DNA from: Podarcis pityusensis
Taxonomy: Eukaryota
Strand: one strand, 5' to 3'
DNA length: 64,000 bases
Assembly: GCA_964106645.2 (NCBI GenBank)
Contig: OZ067044.1
The first letter of the stretch is position 1; each line of letters starts with the position of its first letter. The position numbers and the translations under genes were made by a program. Below are positions 62,437-64,000 of the stretch, one piece after another. The notes under the pieces are model-generated. The model was not told the origin of the DNA. It made no database searches and saw only the letters and a program-made list of their open reading frames with translations.

Positions 62437-63135
62437 CAGACCCTCCAAGAGTCCCTATTTTACAAGGGCATCCCTGATTTAGAGAAGACATCTCAGTTTC
62501 TGATTTGATCCCAGAATGTCCCGCTTTTCCTTAAAGGTAAAGGTAAAGGGACCCCTGACCATTAGGTCCAGTCGTGGCTGACTCTGGGGTTGCGGCGCTC
62601 ATCTCGCTTTATTGGCCGAGGGAGCTGGTGTACAGCTTCCGGGTCATGTGGCCAGCATGACTAAGCTGCTTCTGGTGAACCAGAGCAGCACACGGAAACG
62701 CTGTTTACCTTCCCACCAGAGCGGTACCTATTTATCTACTTGCACTTCGTGCTTTCGAACTGCTAGGTTGGCAGGAGCAGGGACCGAGCAACGGGAGCTC
62801 ACCCCGTCGTGGGGATTCGAACCGCCGACCTTCTGATCGGCAAGTCCTAGGCTCTGTGGTTTAACCCACAGCGCCACCCGTGTCCCTTAGACGTCCCTAT
62901 TTTCATTGGAGAAATGTTGGTGGGTATGGAGTTATCCGACCCCCAAGCTGTCTGAAGGCAATCCTGTATAGGGAAGTTTTTAAAAATGTTTACTGTTTTA
63001 TTATGTTTTGATATATGTTGGAAGTTGCCCACAGTAGCTTGGGCAACCCAGTAAGATGTGTGGGGTATAAATAGTAAAATTATCATTATGGAGTGGGATG
63101 TCCCTATTTTCATGGGATAAATGTTGGAGAGTATG
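62437..63135. mobile_element. Composite DNA-transposon-like element with duplicated right end enclosing an L2 3' fragment
   Basis: Left end CAGACCCTCCAA; right end TTGG(T/A)G(G/A)GTATG occurs twice (62890-62928, 63097-63135); L2 tail at about 62950-63090. Confidence 0.65.
62534..62884 (-). mobile_element. Full-length Sauria-type SINE
   Basis: A box GTGGCGCTGTGG, B box GGTTCGAATCC, (TTTACC)n tail, short flanking repeat CCTTA. Confidence 0.92.
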
Positions 63136-63549
63136 CCATTTATGTGACTCATGCCCCCAGCATTCCTTCAAAATGTGCCCACTGGTCCAAAAAGTTGGTG
63201 ACTAACCCCTGCCTTTAAACACTAAGGCTGTAATCCTATACACAGTTAATTGGGAGCAAGGCCTATTGAACCCTATGCACTTTCTGAGTAGACATGTCCA
63301 GGCCTACATTGTCAGGCTGTAATCCTGATACTTATGTGGGAGTAAGCTCACTGAGGGCTGCTTGCTTGGTGTTGACTCATGACAGGGCCTTCTCAGGGGT
63401 GGTTCCATATTTGTGAAATTCCGTCCTGGTGAGGTGCATCTGTCTCCCCCATTATTGGCTTTCAGGAAGGATTTTAAAGCATTCCTGTTTACCCAGACAT
63501 TTTGATGGCTGAAAGATACTGTTCCTGGCAACCCTGAAACCACTGGTCA

Positions 63550-63681
63550 AGAGAAAGTTATTTTTTAAAGTGTTTTAGAGTGTTGTCTGTGAGATTGTTT
63601 TAATGATGTGTTTGCTGCCCTGGGCTGCTTTGGAAAGAAGGGCAGGATAGAAATGGAATGAATGAATGAATGAATGAATGA
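63550..63681 (+). repeat. L2-like tail ending in (GAAT)n
   Basis: GCTGCCCTGGGCT..GAAGGGCAGGATAGAAAT followed by GAAT repeats. Confidence 0.6.
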
Positions 63682-64000
63682 ACCTGTTAGCAATAAGATT
63701 ACCAAAAAAACCTCACTGCCTGGCCAAAAAGAGTGAGTTTGACCAGTATAACTAGATTACTGAATTGGCCAGCTGCTGACCCAGCAATCATTCACCAGCA
63801 CCATTCAGTAGTATAATAAGTGTGATGAGTCAAGTGAAGTGGGGCAGAGAAACAGCTTGTGCTTTGAGAGCATGGGCAATAGACCCATACCATAAGAGCA
63901 CTAATCCTTTTTTTTGTTATTATACTGATGTACTGGGGAGGAGAAGGGCATAACTAGACTGGGTGCAGATGAACCCTTTTCTGTCTCTTTCACCTGAGAC

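Noticed and set aside
62790-62884. tRNA gene
   Set aside because: The A and B boxes belong to the SINE head; no full cloverleaf, and it continues into the SINE body
46000-64000. Exons of the expected next gene (SLCO5A1)
   Set aside because: No transporter-like peptide or promoter CpG island seen; probably beyond the window

Overview
Vertebrate genomic DNA, most likely from a squamate lizard (Sauria-type SINEs, BovB, L2, CR1 and L1 LINE ends, many small DNA-transposon MITEs). The + strand carries two spliced genes in the known NCOA2-PRDM14 order. (1) The last 13 coding exons of NCOA2 (SRC-2/TIF2/GRIP1) span 660-21249, followed by a long 3'UTR interrupted by two N gaps. (2) A complete PRDM14 spans about 35.2-45.2 kb (PR/SET domain plus six C2H2 fingers; 524 aa from ATG 35464, 550 aa from ATG 35314), embedded in a CpG-rich domain from about 28.2 to 40.8 kb. 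From 46 to 64 kb the sequence is repeat-rich and intergenic, including a solo LTR. Exon boundaries were read by eye from GT/AG signals, reading phase and recalled similarity to vertebrate orthologues; no database search was run. Most notable observations: an in-frame, stop-free 89-codon alternative extension of an NCOA2 exon with ancestral-looking protein text hidden in the +1 frame; a 72-nt in-frame first intron with upstream ATGs in PRDM14; two tiny hAT-like MITEs in the PRDM14 promoter island; a candidate bidirectional CpG promoter next to a CTCF motif; and a SINE with an inverted 5' head.
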